Shown here piece by piece: positions 13,377 through 28,449 of a DNA stretch of 64,000 bases (position 1 is its first letter; every line of letters begins with the position of its first letter). The translations under genes and the position numbers were made by a program. The notes under the pieces are model-generated. The model was not told where the DNA came from and made no database searches. It was given only the letters and a program-made list of their open reading frames with translations. The DNA comes from Eledone cirrhosa (Eukaryota): positions 391,840,001 to 391,904,000 of the forward strand of contig OZ024740.1 of NCBI GenBank assembly GCA_964016885.1, given 5' to 3'.

Positions 13377-14147
13377 TCTGTATATATATAAAATTAAGTA
13401 TGTGTGTGTGTGTGTGCGTCTCTGTGTCTGTGTATTACCTATAGGGGCTTACATCTTACGACCGATTTCCATGAAACTTTACAGGCTCATAGATTAGTCA
13501 TCGGGGAATGTTTTCTATATATCAGCGTATCGTTTTTTTTTTATTCCGGGGTCATTCTGCAGATAAAATTCGATAGGGGTGTCACTTTTTTTAGGTATCG
13601 AAAAATAAGATTTTTGGCTCTAGCTCCCACATTTTGCCACCTATTTCGTTCAAATTTTGAAGCAAAATAGAATTTATCATTGCACATCCTGTAATGGCTT
13701 TATATTTTGCATTTGTTGTTCAGGAACGGCGTGGGAGCTGCTTAAATATTCGAAAATACCACCTTTTCGCTCAAATTTCCGCCTTTTCGGCTCTAGCTCC
13801 CACATTTTTCAACCGATTTCGTTCAAATTCGAAACTTCGGCTCAACCTCACACATAAATCAATTTATTTTGTTCAACTTTTATACTACGATAGAACCTAT
13901 CATTGCACAGCTTATAGTAGCTTTAAACTTTCCCTTTTTTGTTCAGGGACGGCGTGGCAACCGTTTAACTCTTCAAAATACGATTTTTTCCACCTCCCAC
14001 ATAATCCATACGATTTCACTCAACATTTCGCCATTTGCTTCACCTTACGACCTATTTTCAAGAAACTTGCAGTCGCTAAGATCAACACCTTTTCATCAAA
14101 GCAGATATTATTTTACCTACCCAGGCAACGCTGGGTACTGCTGCTAG
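13377..14147 (+). mobile_element. Non-autonomous Helitron
   Basis: 5' TC after host A; 3' CTAG before host T; subterminal hairpin tacccag-gcaacg-ctgggta (14118-14137); internal tandem duplication (~13612-13740 / ~13785-13960); no TSD. Confidence 0.85.
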
Positions 14148-17100
14148 TAAGAAATATAATAAAAATGATTGAAAAATCTACCGAACGAACAGGATACTAA
14201 TGTTGGATATAAATATGAGTGTTTGAAGTTGCTTGTATAAAGGGTGGAATGATGAAATACCAAATGAGAAGGGAAATATTTCCAAGATATAGAGAGACTA
14301 AACCTTACTGCGCAGGCTCAAACAATCGGAACGAAATACATCAGAAAAAAATTAATCTCTTCAGCATATAGAATGTGTGATGAAAGATACGAGACTGTGG
14401 TGCTCGGAGTTTCAGAATGCTCAAGCGTTATAAGAATTGGAGACATGACAAAGTTGCCGCAATCTTACATTGGCAAACTTGTAATCCGTTTGGTTTGAGC
14501 GTGTTTGTATTGGCACCTGTGTTTATACCTGTCTTTATAATCTTGGTTGTGGTGGTATTGGTGGTGGTGGTAGTGGTAGTGGTGGTTTTGGTCGTGGTTG
14601 TATATATGCGCGTATTTTGTTGATATTTCTTTATTTATGTTGACATTTGATGATGTGGTTGTATATGTATGCGTATACATATTAGAGTAGTTCTTCTTGT
14701 TAATTCCTTGTTAATTAGAGTAGTTCTTCTTGTTAATTCCTGACAATATGGTAGCTAGATTTTCAGTACTATAACTACCTTTTACAGTATTTTTGCTAAA
14801 ATGTTTATGGTATGTATGTTAATTAAAGAAATACTTATTCATAAGGTTTAGGGGTTTTTTCGCTATGTTAAAGACAACATTTTGACTAAAAGATGGTTTC
14901 AACCAATTAATTTTCCTACTTTTATTTCTTTTTGTACCGATACTGCCAATCCCTTTTAATATGAATAATATTAAGTATTAAACATTTAAAAACTAATTTG
15001 AGATCGTAAAAGAACAATCACGCCACTGACGAGATTTGGTCCTTATAAATTATGTCAATGTGTGATATAACCTATATTGTTGACGTCTACACGAGTCTCG
15101 GTTAGCTATTGGCAATGCATTTCTAGCATAGCACATCATTCACAAAGTGATTTAAAGAGTTAAACAACTACATTCTAAATAGAAAACTACTTGAAAGTTG
15201 TATTAAATTATAATCATGAAGTGTATAGAGGTTATGGAAATCATTTTGATTCGAAAGGTAAAAGTCACTATCAGAAGACAGACGATGGCAGAATGCAACA
15301 GTCATGATCACGCAGAAGTTTTAATGTCAGACAGCATAAGAGAGAAGGATGCGGTTAAAGAAAACATACACTCGTATTCTTAACGAGGGGTGATGTATTA
15401 GAGACATTAAGAAGATAAGTCAGCGTTTCAAGTAAGTAACGAAGAGAAACCAGAAGCGAAATTAAGATTAATGCGAAGAAACAGTGCTGTACATAAGAAA
15501 TATAAAATAAAAATAGAGATGTGTAATGAGAAAACATGTGAGGTGGGGATAAGGGTTTCCTTACTCTAAGTACAGAAACTGATTAATGTGAGGAAATGAG
15601 TTTGTTTAGTGCATGTTTTCCCCATGTAATCAAATGAATTGAATCATAAAGTAAAACCATTCGATAACTTAGATGTAGCAGTGAATTGTTCTTACGCTGC
15701 TATAACTATTTACTACAAAGAAGCTAAAGCCATTTGAGAATTAAATCTCTAGAACACGGAAACAGCACAATGCCTGTGATAGTGTATGAACTACTGATCT
15801 TTTTAATAAATTCCGGTAACTACATCGACTCGGTCAAAGGCGCTCAACTGGTTTTGTTTTAATTTTTGTACCTATCATTTATCTGAAAATTAATTATTTT
15901 TTCAAAACAAACTGGTATCATTATTCTAAATCACCAGTGAACTACTACCCAACAGAGGACCTGCCTTATATTTTAGTTAGAGATATTAAAGCTATAGAAT
16001 TGAGTGAATTGTTACCTGAAAGTTTTCATGTAATCATTTTCGTTATTAAATCTCGGTTCTTCGCCATAAAACAAAATAGTAGCTGTTTTCTAGTTCCTTT
16101 GTATTCCATATTTTTTAATATAGTAATATTCAATTTTCCATCTCTACGTCAAAAAATAAACATTTAAAAAATACAGCAACAAGTTTTTGCTACGATCAAA
16201 AGCTATTTAATTAACTAATGTTTTGTTAATCAATCAAACTGTTTATTTTCTTTCAAAGGATTAATCATCTGCGGTTCTCTTGGGTCACTTTTATCTCATT
16301 GCCAAAAAAGTCAGACTAATTGATGAAAAAATAGGTGATTTAAAAATATAATTTCATAATCTCATTTAAATTTGAACGTTGTAGCTTCTTGTCGAATCAA
16401 GGTTCTGTCATTCATATAAACCTAAAATAAAAATAAAAGTTGCAACAAATAAGATGTTGAGATTTTCATATCATCTAATTTTAAATCTCAATGGGGTGTG
16501 ATATGTTAAATCAGTCAATAGAATTTTAGAATTTATTGATGTTATCGCGGAAGACATTATGTCAATTGAATGTGAAAATTATGCTATCTCGTTATTAATT
16601 TAAGAAGCAATGATTTACAGTATCCTTCAACAGAAGTTGGATATAGAATTAGTTATTTTTATTTTTATTGTTATTGTATTTCTAACATAGTGAGATAAAG
16701 AAAGAAAAATGGCCTACAGCTTAATGTCTTATCCCAACGGCAAGGTTTATTTTGATGTGCTTTTCGTTGAGATGTTAAGCATTACAAGAGGATAATATAT
16801 GAGAAAAGTAAAATAATGTATTTGTGAACTGAACAATACAACTATTTGAATAACGAGACTGTTCGTAAGTGTTATGAAGAAAATATTTTACATATGGATT
16901 TTCTGGGTAAATAGTCTAAACGTTGATAAGGTAATGTAATAGTAGGAAGTGTTATATAAAGACAAAACCTATTTAACTACTGAAAACCAAATCGGAATTT
17001 TTATCTTTCAGTCCTTGACTTCATGGTTCTGCACAAAAATTGAAACTCGTTTTTTGAGGAGGACAAAAACGATATGTTAAATGATATAAACCAAGTTTCC

Positions 17101-19660
17101 ATTATTTAAGTGCAAATGCTATAGTTTAAAGACAAATGGCTCTTTGTTTATTAACATGTATAAACTCCGTACTTTTAACCTTGTGAAACAAAGCATTTAG
17201 ATTTTTCAAAATATACCAATATTATTTTTTAACTTAGAAACAAGCACCACAAGGAAAATGATAAATAAAGAGATGTCGATTCCAGTTTAAGCCATAGTAA
17301 TTTATGCCACGAATAACTTTGAAATAGATATCGAAAATAGAGCACACGAGTCAATGAAAAACTAATGAGGAAGCTTTTAATCAGTCACTCAATCTTGTAA
17401 AAATAGCACTACAATGAACCTTAAATCACACATTATGTAGCTCCTTAGTTTGATTTGGCCATGACAGCCCCAAGGCCATGCTGTAGCACTATATAAGATA
17501 GTCGCAGATATAATATGTCAAAATAAAGATGGGAGAGATACGGTTAGAACACCATTGATAATAGTTCAAATTGATCGGGCTGAGCTTTGGTTAAACAACA
17601 TCAGCTGCATAATAAATAACCATTTTTCCTTCACCTAAAATATATTTTTCCGAGTCAATAGTAAGTAATATTTTTATACATTTGAAAATACAGGTCCTTG
17701 TAAGGCTTACTAATAACATACTATATTGTATCTATTCTTGGGTGAAGCCACATCACTTAATCTGCACGAATAATGCCGATATCATAAACATTAACATTGC
17801 GATTTTACCATTTTCTCATTGTCAACAATTATGAGTTATTGCGAATAGGACAAATATCGTAATATCATCAATGCATAACCTGAGAATATAACGGTATAGT
17901 AAATTATGGTGAATGTAGAAAGAAGACTTGAAAACACTGCTAAAGTGCTACGACCTCACGAATTGTAACAGGATCAGATTTGCAGCTAATAAATAATCGG
18001 GTGTCTCTTCTGGACGTCACATATATACTTAGATCGTTGTAGATATGAATTGAATCTAAATTTCTGCTAATAATGCCCGAATTAGAGAAGCAAATATGTG
18101 AAGTTAACAAGGAAGCCTCTACATCATAGTTCAGTTAGATAGAAATAGCTGTCAAATCTCCCTTAAAATATACACTACTGTTTGAATAATATACACCTAG
18201 ATAAACAACACCCGGGGGAAGAGCAAATTAGTCGTAGCTGGATTTTGCTTTGATCATCTTAGGGCTAAACAACAACTCATACAGTCTAGTTAGAAGGCTT
18301 TTTTCAACAAACTTCCTACTGAGATTAAGTGTATACTGCTCCACACCACAGCCAATGACGTTTTCCTTTATATATATGTAAAAATAACTTATGGTACACG
18401 ACGATATCAAAGTATGTAAAAAATAACTGATGAGAGCATGATATAATCTAGTTCCTGGACACGTACTCTTATTAATTTTGGATTTTAATTCAAAACATTT
18501 TTCATGACAATAATGTATGGTGAAGGGCATAATTTCTCTTTGTCGCTGATTGTCAAAACACAACCATTTTACGGGTGTAAATGAATGCTGATAAGAGACC
18601 CAGACCTAAGTCAAAGGTTGCGATATACGAGATTTGAAGAGAGTCTAAGATTAGTAGCTCTAAAAGCTTCAAGTTATATATCTATCATTAATCTAAAACC
18701 AATCTTCACGACAACACTATGTTTTTATGAATATCATAATTTTATTATTATCTTTAAATAAAACTAGATGATTTAAATCTTGCGACAACTCTTCGACAAT
18801 AAATGCCAGTTGACCATTCCAAGAACCGCCAATTGAATGCTTCTATAGAATGCCATTACAGTTTGATCGAATCTAGGGGACAGCAACTAGATGGTAAACT
18901 TTAACTGCTGTCTGATCTAACACCCGAACATAACGCGTGGATGCATTTAGTGGAGTCCACGTTTTGGGAAGCATTTGAACCAGGTCCATCATCTAAGCAT
19001 ACTATCCTACTTCCTCCCTCCCATCTCAAGGTAAATTATGAACGCTACTCTTCTTCCTATATATATATGTATAATTTAAGAAAACATACTATATAATATA
19101 ATTAACTATAAATAATTAATAATTCTGATTCAATGTTTTCTTGTATATGTTTATATTCCTTGTACATTTAAAACAGAATGTGAAGGAGTTTAGATAACAA
19201 ACAATAATCAGAAATTCTCTCCTACTCCCATATGCTCAAAGACCAAGTGAAAATGTGATGTTCAACAAGCCTACAGTTAACCAGTCTTTCATTACTTTAT
19301 GTTCAACTAAATAGTAATAAATTACTATATTGAATGTGTTTTGTAATATCAAATTCAAAACCTGCAGTGCAATCGATAGTTTAAGAATTAGATTAAATTT
19401 CAAAGCAAAATTGATTTTAGTTCATTTATAAGAATTAGAATTCTATTATCTTTTGCATTATACTTATCTGTATGGAATAAAGTTTGTATTCCAATAGTTC
19501 CCACCGACTTTTTTCTGCCTTGGCATCATATGCTTTCAGTGTGACATAATAGTTAAGATATTAACCAATGAAAGTTGTTAGCATCAACGACGACAACAAT
19601 GTTCATAATAAAAACATCACAAAGAATAAATGCACCACCTCTTCTGTAGTATATTTGCAG

Positions 19661-20449
<789 letters not shown>

Positions 20450-20704
20450 ATAATAACGATGAAGACAATGATAATAACGATGAAGACAATGATAATAATA
20501 TGACGACTACTCTTAATACTAAGTGGAGGTCTACAATAATGAAAAAATATTTGTTCCTGCTAACTTTTGCGGTATTTTCTAAGCTCCAATATTTCAGTAA
20601 AATAAAACATGGACGGAATACGCCCTCTCACGTTGAACGAGCTATCACGTGACAGCAGCTCAAACGTTAAGATGACTAACACCGTCCCCACCACTACCAC
20701 CTTT

Positions 20705-22258
20705 TAGATGATCGGCACCGCTCTCAAGGAGTACAAGGTGATGACAGGAGCAAAGATTAAACAGGAAAGGTCGGGGCACCTGCAGCTCGGAACCTGGAGA
20801 GGCAGGTCCATGCCGTTAAGCAGCGTGTCGGGCGCTGGACGAAAGAACCGGTTAAATTACTAGGGGTCTTGTTTGGTCCGGACCTCCAAATGTACAGAAG
20901 CTGGGACGAGGTGACGAGCAGTGTGGCCTCTCTCACTCAGAAATGGGCTGAGAGGAAGTTGTCCCTGAAAGGTCGGGTGGACGTGGCGAACGCGTACATC
21001 GTGTCAGTCATCTACTACCGCCTGGCCGTTGTGCCAAATTCTAAGACTCACCTGACTGCACTGGAGCGTTTGTTCCTTCGCTTTTTGTGGAAGGGACACG
21101 CTCCAGTGGTCAGGCGGTCCATCTGCTGTCAATTCCCACTAGAAGGAAAGCTGGGCATGTCGTCGCTAATGATGCCTAAACATGCGATGAGGCTACATCT
21201 CCAGATCTTCCTTAATGATAAACAGGTGCGGTCGCCGTTTGCTAGACGCGTTTTACCCCAGACCATCTACTTGTCCGAGCTGCAGTCCTGAGTCAAGCGA
21301 AGACCGAGAGGGGCGCTTGGAGACTGGAATGTCTTTAGGTGCTCACAGCCCTCGACCAATCGGGCGATGGGATCAGTGGAAACTCCACCTTGGCGTACTA
21401 TAGAGGAAAAGAACGACGACATCCTTGGGGAGACCCTGGGCGTCAATCAACTAGCCAATCTCTTCCGGAAATCTTTCGAGCCGGGGCCCATGGACAATTT
21501 CCAGAAATCCCTGGTCTGGCAGTGTTACCGAGGAGCCTTTCCAGTTCGGTATAAACTCAAAAAGCATGGAAGTGCCGTCTACCGGACCTGTCCGAGATGC
21601 GTGCAGGGCGACGAAACCATCATGCATGCACTCGTCGAATGTCCGAGCATTGCTGACTTGTGGGTTTATATTGAACACCTACTATCAGGTGTAGGACGGA
21701 TATGGTTATCAGATGTGTCCATCGTTAAGACTGCCTTGCCGTCTTCCTTTAGGGGGGAAGGGCAGGCAGTTTTTATCTGCCCGGTGGCCATGGTGAAAGA
21801 GGTTGTCTGGTGGACACGTTTGAAAGGGTTGAAGACGAGCACTTACCTCTTCGGCGAAGTCCTGATTAACTTTTTAAAATTTCATTTGAAAAGGAAAATC
21901 AGGGTAGAGAGGGAAGTGCTCCCTTTCGAACAATTTGTTGAATGATAGGTGAGCGAGGCGAGCATGGTCCGACTGAATGGGCCTGCTCTATGTATGCGCC
22001 TGTAGATTGGAGGTGAAAAACTGGGAGAGCGCACTTGCCCTAATGGTCAAGGTCACCGTGGCTTTTTGGGGGCTTTCTCCACGACTGACCATCGGAGGTC
22101 TCCCCCCTATTGGGGAATTTTCCTTTGTTTCATTTTTTGTTACATCCTTTGTTTTTATTTTATGTTTTTGTTTTATGTTTACACGCAGAAACGCCCATTT
22201 GTACCGCTCTGTGCTGTCCTTAGGTTTTGTGTCAATACTCGTGGTTAATAAAGAAAAC
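20705..22258 (+). mobile_element. 5'-truncated Tx1-clade LINE (ORF2 C-terminus and 3' UTR) ending in (ATT/ATC)n
   Basis: FGPDLQ..WAERKLSLKGR..YYRLAVVP; CCHC CPRC..ETIMHALVEC; homologous to the 28-44 kb elements; ends gtggttaataaagaaaac-attattattatc. Confidence 0.9.
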
Positions 22259-22302
22259 ATTATTATTATCATTATTATTATTATCATTATATATCATTAT
22301 TA

Positions 22303-22715
22303 AGGATTGGCAGTAACGGGAGAAGATCGGACGCCATGCTTTGCAGCATAGATTTACGCCCCTTTATAGTCTGAGTTCAATTCCCGCCGAGGTTCACTTT
22401 GCCTCTCATCCTTACGGGGTCGATAAAATAAAGTACCAGTAATGTACTGGGATAATTGCTGGCCTTGTGCCAAAAGTAGAAACAATTATTATCATTAATA
22501 TTATTAGGGCGAGTGGGTTGGCAGTATCGGTAGAAAGTCGGACGCCATGCTTTGTAGCATAGAATTATGGCCCTTTACGGTCTGAGTTGAAATACCGCCG
22601 AGGTTAACTTTGCCTTTCATCCTTACGGGGTCGATTAAATAAAGTACCAGTCCCGCACTGGGGTCGATTTAATCGACTTCCCCCTCCCTCAAAATTGCTG
22701 GCCTTGTGCCTATAT
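22303..22715 (+). mobile_element. Two tandem tRNA-derived SINE copies (~22303-22495 and ~22506-22715); an older copy follows at ~22780-22885
   Basis: A/B boxes and conserved core as in other copies. Confidence 0.9.
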
Positions 22716-23104
22716 ATTATTGCTGTGTATTGGCTGAATTGTTATAACGTTGGATAGATTGCTTTACCTTATTTATACTGGCTGTTTACTGGTTGATTTC
22801 AAATCCCACCGATGTCAACTCTGCTTTTCATCCCTCCAGTGTCTCAAACTGAATAGTCTTCAAGTACTGGGGTCAATTTACTTGGTTAGACTTTTAAATT
22901 TGTTAGAAAAAATGATTACTGTTATTCTCCGCAAGATCGGAGAATTTGACTTGGTTTATATCTGTAGGCGAACTTCTTAGATCGAGGATTTAATCGGAAG
23001 ACGCAATCAACATATATTTTTTCTATGAATATCTTTCAGATGTCTTTGTCGCATCTGTATTTTTGTTAAAATTAAAATCAATTTATTTACAAGCTAGACA
23101 TACA

Positions 23105-23295
23105 TAATAATTGTTTCTACTTTTGGCACAAGGCCAGCAATTATCCCAGTGTATTACTGGTACTTTATTTTATCGACCCCTTAAGGATGAAAGGCAAAGT
23201 TAACCTCCGCGGGATTTGAACTCAGACCATAAAGGGACGTGACTATGCTGGAAAGCATGGCGTCCGACCCTCTACCGATACTGCCAATCCACCCT
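23105..23295 (-). mobile_element. tRNA-derived SINE
   Basis: Reverse complement of the full SINE consensus. Confidence 0.92.
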
Positions 23296-25590
23296 GAATT
23301 CAGTTTCGGTTTCTGTTCTGTATTCAAATCCAGTTAAAGTTGCTTTTGTCTTTCATTTTTCTCATTCGACGAAATAGTAAATATATGCTTCAATTAACTC
23401 TGCTATACTCTTCTTTGAAAAAAGGTTAGCCATGTACCTAAAGAAGAAATACATATCCAGGATTTATAGCCGTCAGGCATCATGTGAATGAAACCTATTG
23501 GTTGAGGAGGGTTATCTATAATTAACAAAAGTCAAGTAGCCTGTATTATAGACGTAAATATCGTACTTATTTAGTCGTTCTTATAATTATCTGTTTTATA
23601 TAAACCTGAAAATGTGTAGGAAATATGAGCTAGCTAAACAAGTTTGCTTGTAACAGCAAGTGAAGAAGTGAGAAATATTTCTAAATGGCGAATTCTTAGA
23701 ATTTTCCATTTCTGTTAAAATGTATTTATAGATGAAAGTTTTTTTTTTTTTTTTTGTTTTGTTTGTTTGTTTGTTTGTTTGTTTTTTCTTATGCTGACAT
23801 ACAAATTGTGATATCGACTTTGTCAAAGAACTATAAAATATCGAAAACTGAAACTGAAAATTAATGACATCATATCTCTGAAAAGTTATTAAAAACCTGT
23901 CTCTGAGATAGTTCAATAAACGCAAGTTATTTCCACAGAGACAAAGAATCAACTCGAAATTGGGAACTGGGAATTTTCATTTTTTTTTTCGCGAAATACC
24001 TGCAACCAAGTTTTCATATTAAACTAGAAAAACGGTCCGACGAGCATCTATAATTAGCAAAATGTTCGTGCCGTGTGCAGAAATTATAATGCAACGTTTT
24101 TCAAATAAACGTATGCACAACATAATAGCATATCTAAATCAAACTACAGATATCGCAAAGCTACATATACGGTATAATTTAAAATTAATTATAAGAAGAG
24201 GATGAGGCTTAATGTAACAGAGGGGACAAAGCACTCTGTGTGGAAAATATATTATGATATCAATGTTATTTTAAAACTACATTGGTCATGGAAACTACCA
24301 CGTAACATTTTTGGAATTTTAGATATAAGAAAGTTATTTTATCTTCACTTTTGTTTTTATGATCTAGAAAACTTCATTTGTAATACAAGACTCTGATAAA
24401 TAATTTTGTTGAATGTGTAAAAGTCAAAATCAACATTGCTTTACTAAGGGTTTTCCGAAAATGAATTTTTAGTGGGAGGGTTAAAATATGAAAGATGTTT
24501 TAAGCCGATTGTATATTGACAATAATAAGGTTTATTTGCATAGTTAATCAATCATATGTAATGAATAAATGCAAAGATTTGTGTGTTGTCATATAGGATT
24601 ATCACAGAGCAAGTTAAGTCGTATACCCAGAATAAACAAGAATAATACAAAGTTGTTTATAACATAAAATGTTCAAAGGATGATGATAGAAAGAATAAGA
24701 TCCCAGATTAGTATGGCAATAGGCCCTTTCGTATCTGAAAGATTGGCGGTTTCTTTAAAGAAACTAGCTCATGTAATTTTCCTTTGGTGATCTTGTTTGA
24801 AACGGCTCACTATCATTAATAATTCAATGTGACTTTCTTCCGCGTCGTATTATCAAACTGTATCTCGCATTGGTCACTTGATATATCAGTTCGTGATTGT
24901 GTACACATTATTGTATCACTAAAAATATATTAACTAAACTCTGGAATTGATTGAGATTCAATAGTTTATATCCTCGTCACCAGGAATGTTGTGCATCTAT
25001 AACCTACATTTTTAATATCCAATGGTCTTGTCACTAAAGAGCAAGAAAACAGTACAGTTAATATATTTGAGTGAACTAAATATACGTTTATTAAATCGTT
25101 AGCTCTGTGTAATATGGTAATCAACTCACTTAATGCACAGAATGGTATTTTAAATTAGTAATATTGCTAAAGATATATATGCAGTGAGGAAAGAAGTTCT
25201 GTAAGTAGAGCAAAGCAGCACTGATAATAGTGGCGAAAGCAACAAACAAGCTAACATCAACTACATCGACGCCGTCAACAGTAGTATCCTTAACATCTTC
25301 GTTAAATTCTTGTCTTTCTTTTTATCATAACTAGCGGCATCTTTATAAACAACAACAACAACAAAAACAGTAACAGAAACAAAAACATCAGAAAGATTAT
25401 AGCAAAACCATTAAATGTCGATTTGCGCAGAAATTTCCTAAATTACAATTTCTCATTGGACTTAGTTTTCCATCGATTTTTAATTTGACTGTAAAAGCAA
25501 TTAAATGAAAGTTATATCGGCAAATTTAGAGTTATAATGAAATTTGTGCGTAGGTATACACAGAAATGCATATGTGTATATTCATTTGTG

Positions 25591-25633
<43 letters not shown>

Positions 25634-26479
25634 CTATGTGTGTGTGTGTGTGTGTACATAACTGTTATCAGAGGTACATATGAGCAGAGAAAGAAACTCG
25701 ATAGATAGCTAGATAATGAGGAAGGTAAGTAGGCTGGTTGATAGATGAATTATATGTGGTGCTTAATTTAGTGTGCACAACCATATTATATGTGGATGGA
25801 TGAAAAGTACTCATTGAGATTCAGATAAAAGTCTGCAAAGATATTTATATACAGAAACAGATAGGTTGATATACAGGCAGATAGAGGGATGCTATTAAAA
25901 GAGTTATTTTGTTTTTCAATTATTCTTCGAGTCTATTTATTTCTAATTCGCGATTATTCTAAAATTTTAAGTTTACTAAATGAAAAGAATGCTGACCGAC
26001 TTATCTAAGAACTAGGGATTCGTTCATATCATTATCGACACAGACACCAATCCTAATTATGGCAATGCGACACATTAGGCAATCGTTTTCTAAAGGAAGA
26101 GTTAAAATTAAAGGTTAAAATTAAGTATATGATAGAAATAACTGTCTAATGGCGGGGAAAATTAGAAAAAAAATACTCCGATACAAAAAAAATCTATACA
26201 ATATTTTGTAAATCAGAATTTTAATGGCCACATAGACATTGCTTGATCGAAGTCTTGTGAATGACATTGGCGGAAACTGTGCGAAGGCGAGTCGGATATG
26301 TATATTAGTGGAGAAAGAATGGAAAAATTGAGGAAGCTTCGGTTAAAACACCTTGAAGTATTTGGTTGCATCTTTCTAAGCTCAAACTTCGTCCGGATTG
26401 ACAAATAGTTCATCCAGATAAACTCAGTTCAATCGTTCTCCAAAAGAATGTGTAGATAAAACAATACAATATAGTAATC

Positions 26480-27290
26480 CCCTGTTGAACATTTACTTTT
26501 TCAAACCCCTTCTATTCCTTCCTCTACGCGGCTATCTCCCTCAAAATTGATCTTGCAACACCTCTGATCACCTTCGGGAATTCTTCGATGTCTTTCCGAC
26601 ATCTCTTATTATATCTGCTTCTTCTTTTCCATTTTCCCGTGAAATCCACTAATTGGTTCTTTCCATCGATCTATCGTCCTCTGTTCTGTCTGAATACCCT
26701 GCTTAACTCCACATTATGATCACTATTTCCTAAATTATATTTCTATATCCTGTATCCCTGCTTATTTATTCACACATGATTCTCTCTTCCATTGTTATAT
26801 TCAATATTCTTCCTTCCATGGCATATTGTATTCTTTTGGTTTTGTTTTTCCTCTTTTGTTTTTCCGCTCCCATATACTACTGTTAGTAACGTGTGTTGGT
26901 TATAAGATTTCCTTTACTATGATAACGGTAAATGTTTGGTCAAAAAATATATAACAGATCCAAATGAAACAATTTCATCCTGCTATTATTCATGTTCACA
27001 GCTTTTCTGCATCTGACATGTTAACTATCTGCTAGATATTTGTGATTATCCATTTTCTGTATTAATATGTCATCTATCTGTATCTCTTCTTGTGTGCTAC
27101 ATTTTGTCATATATCTGCTCTTTCCCTTGTGGTTGTTCAAACCCACTGCTTTAGTTGCCCTATTCTTTGGTTTAGTTGTTCTACTAATTCCCTGACAATA
27201 TTTGTCATGATTTCTATGGTGTTTACTGTTCCACCTTACTCTAACTTTATTTTCTTGAATATATATTGCAGTATGTTGGGGGAGATTTGG
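26480..27290 (-). mobile_element. Highly decayed LINE APE-endonuclease region (RTE-like)
   Basis: Minus-strand fragments resembling LITNT, TW, IDY and SDH APE motifs; many stops. Confidence 0.35.
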
Positions 27291-27960
27291 GTCTGATGAG
27301 GTCTCCCGCCTTCACATCTCGTTGTCTTCATTCAGGTGTATCATGGCTGTTGTGAAGCGGTTTAAAATTAAAACTTTAAAACTTTAAATTTAAAATCAAC
27401 ACGCAAGAGAGATAAATCCAATAAGGTTAGTTGATCAAAATTTTAGGAAAATACAGTCAATGCAGATTGGAATAAATCTGATCTTTAAGGACAACTAATG
27501 AAAAAGTAACGGGCATATTTCAGTTTTATTAGACTTCCTCAGCATAACTAACAGTTATTTTCTCAAGGGATGAGAGATACATTCAGGCAAATGTAAAATT
27601 TGTTGTATCTATGATGCAAAACTCCAATTCTTCCATTATTGTTGTTGATGTCGCTATTTTACTATTAACAAACCATTGACACAACTCCAGGCTTGCCAGT
27701 CATATTCATAAAAAATATTCATAGAACGCATTTTCAATTTGTAGCAGACTATATTAGAAGGTATTGCAAAATGAAAAAAAATAGATGAGTAAAGTCCTGA
27801 AAATAGCGCATCTTGCAGTCCTTGTCTTTTGAAATCATTGAAGTAGCTACTTGAATAATCGTTTGATAAACGTTGTAGCTCTAACATTTTACTTTATGTG
27901 CTCGCTATCTCAAAACGTTGAGTATATAACTTCTATCATCAGAACAATATTAGGCTTGCT

Positions 27961-28166
27961 GAGAGATAGACAAGTAGATAGATGGATAGATAGATCGATA
28001 GAGATAGATAGAGATAGATAGATAGAGAGATAGATAAATTTCTTTATTAGCCACAAAGGCACAAAAGAAGGGGACAAATACAAATGGGGAGTTTACATAC
28101 AGGTATATGAAGATTAGATAGAGAGATAGAGAGATAGATATATAGATAGATAGAGGGATGGATAAC

Positions 28167-28224
<58 letters not shown>

Positions 28225-28234
28225 TATAGATATA
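27961..28234. repeat. (GATA)n microsatellite containing a ~80-bp Tx1 3'-end stub (28036-28114, minus)
   Basis: Stub tttctttattagccacaaaggcacaaaagaaggggacaaatacaaatggggagtttacata matches the 3' ends of elements A-C. Confidence 0.9.
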
Positions 28235-28449
28235 TTTCTTTATTTACCATAAAGGCATACAAAGAAGGGACGAATACAAAGGGGGAGTTTACATATAATC
28301 GAGTAAAAAGGGTGTAACATGAAAATAATCGAAAATAACCTCAAAAGGGAGGGGACGTGATGGGGGTTGCACACACCCCCGAAAAAGTGTGCAATCCTTT
28401 GCCCGGGGAGCACGTGGAGAAGGTGCTCCCCTCTCCTTTACTTCTCTAC

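Larger units (their letters stand above)
12430..14490 (+). mobile_element. Decayed R4/Dong-clade (RLE) LINE, interrupted by a SINE and a Helitron
   Basis: Degenerate motifs GKTTFI, SYRSIT..LWKLL, KGTNVQL, AYDMISH, GIFQGDNLLP, and C-terminal YKNWRHDKVAAILHW. Confidence 0.7.
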
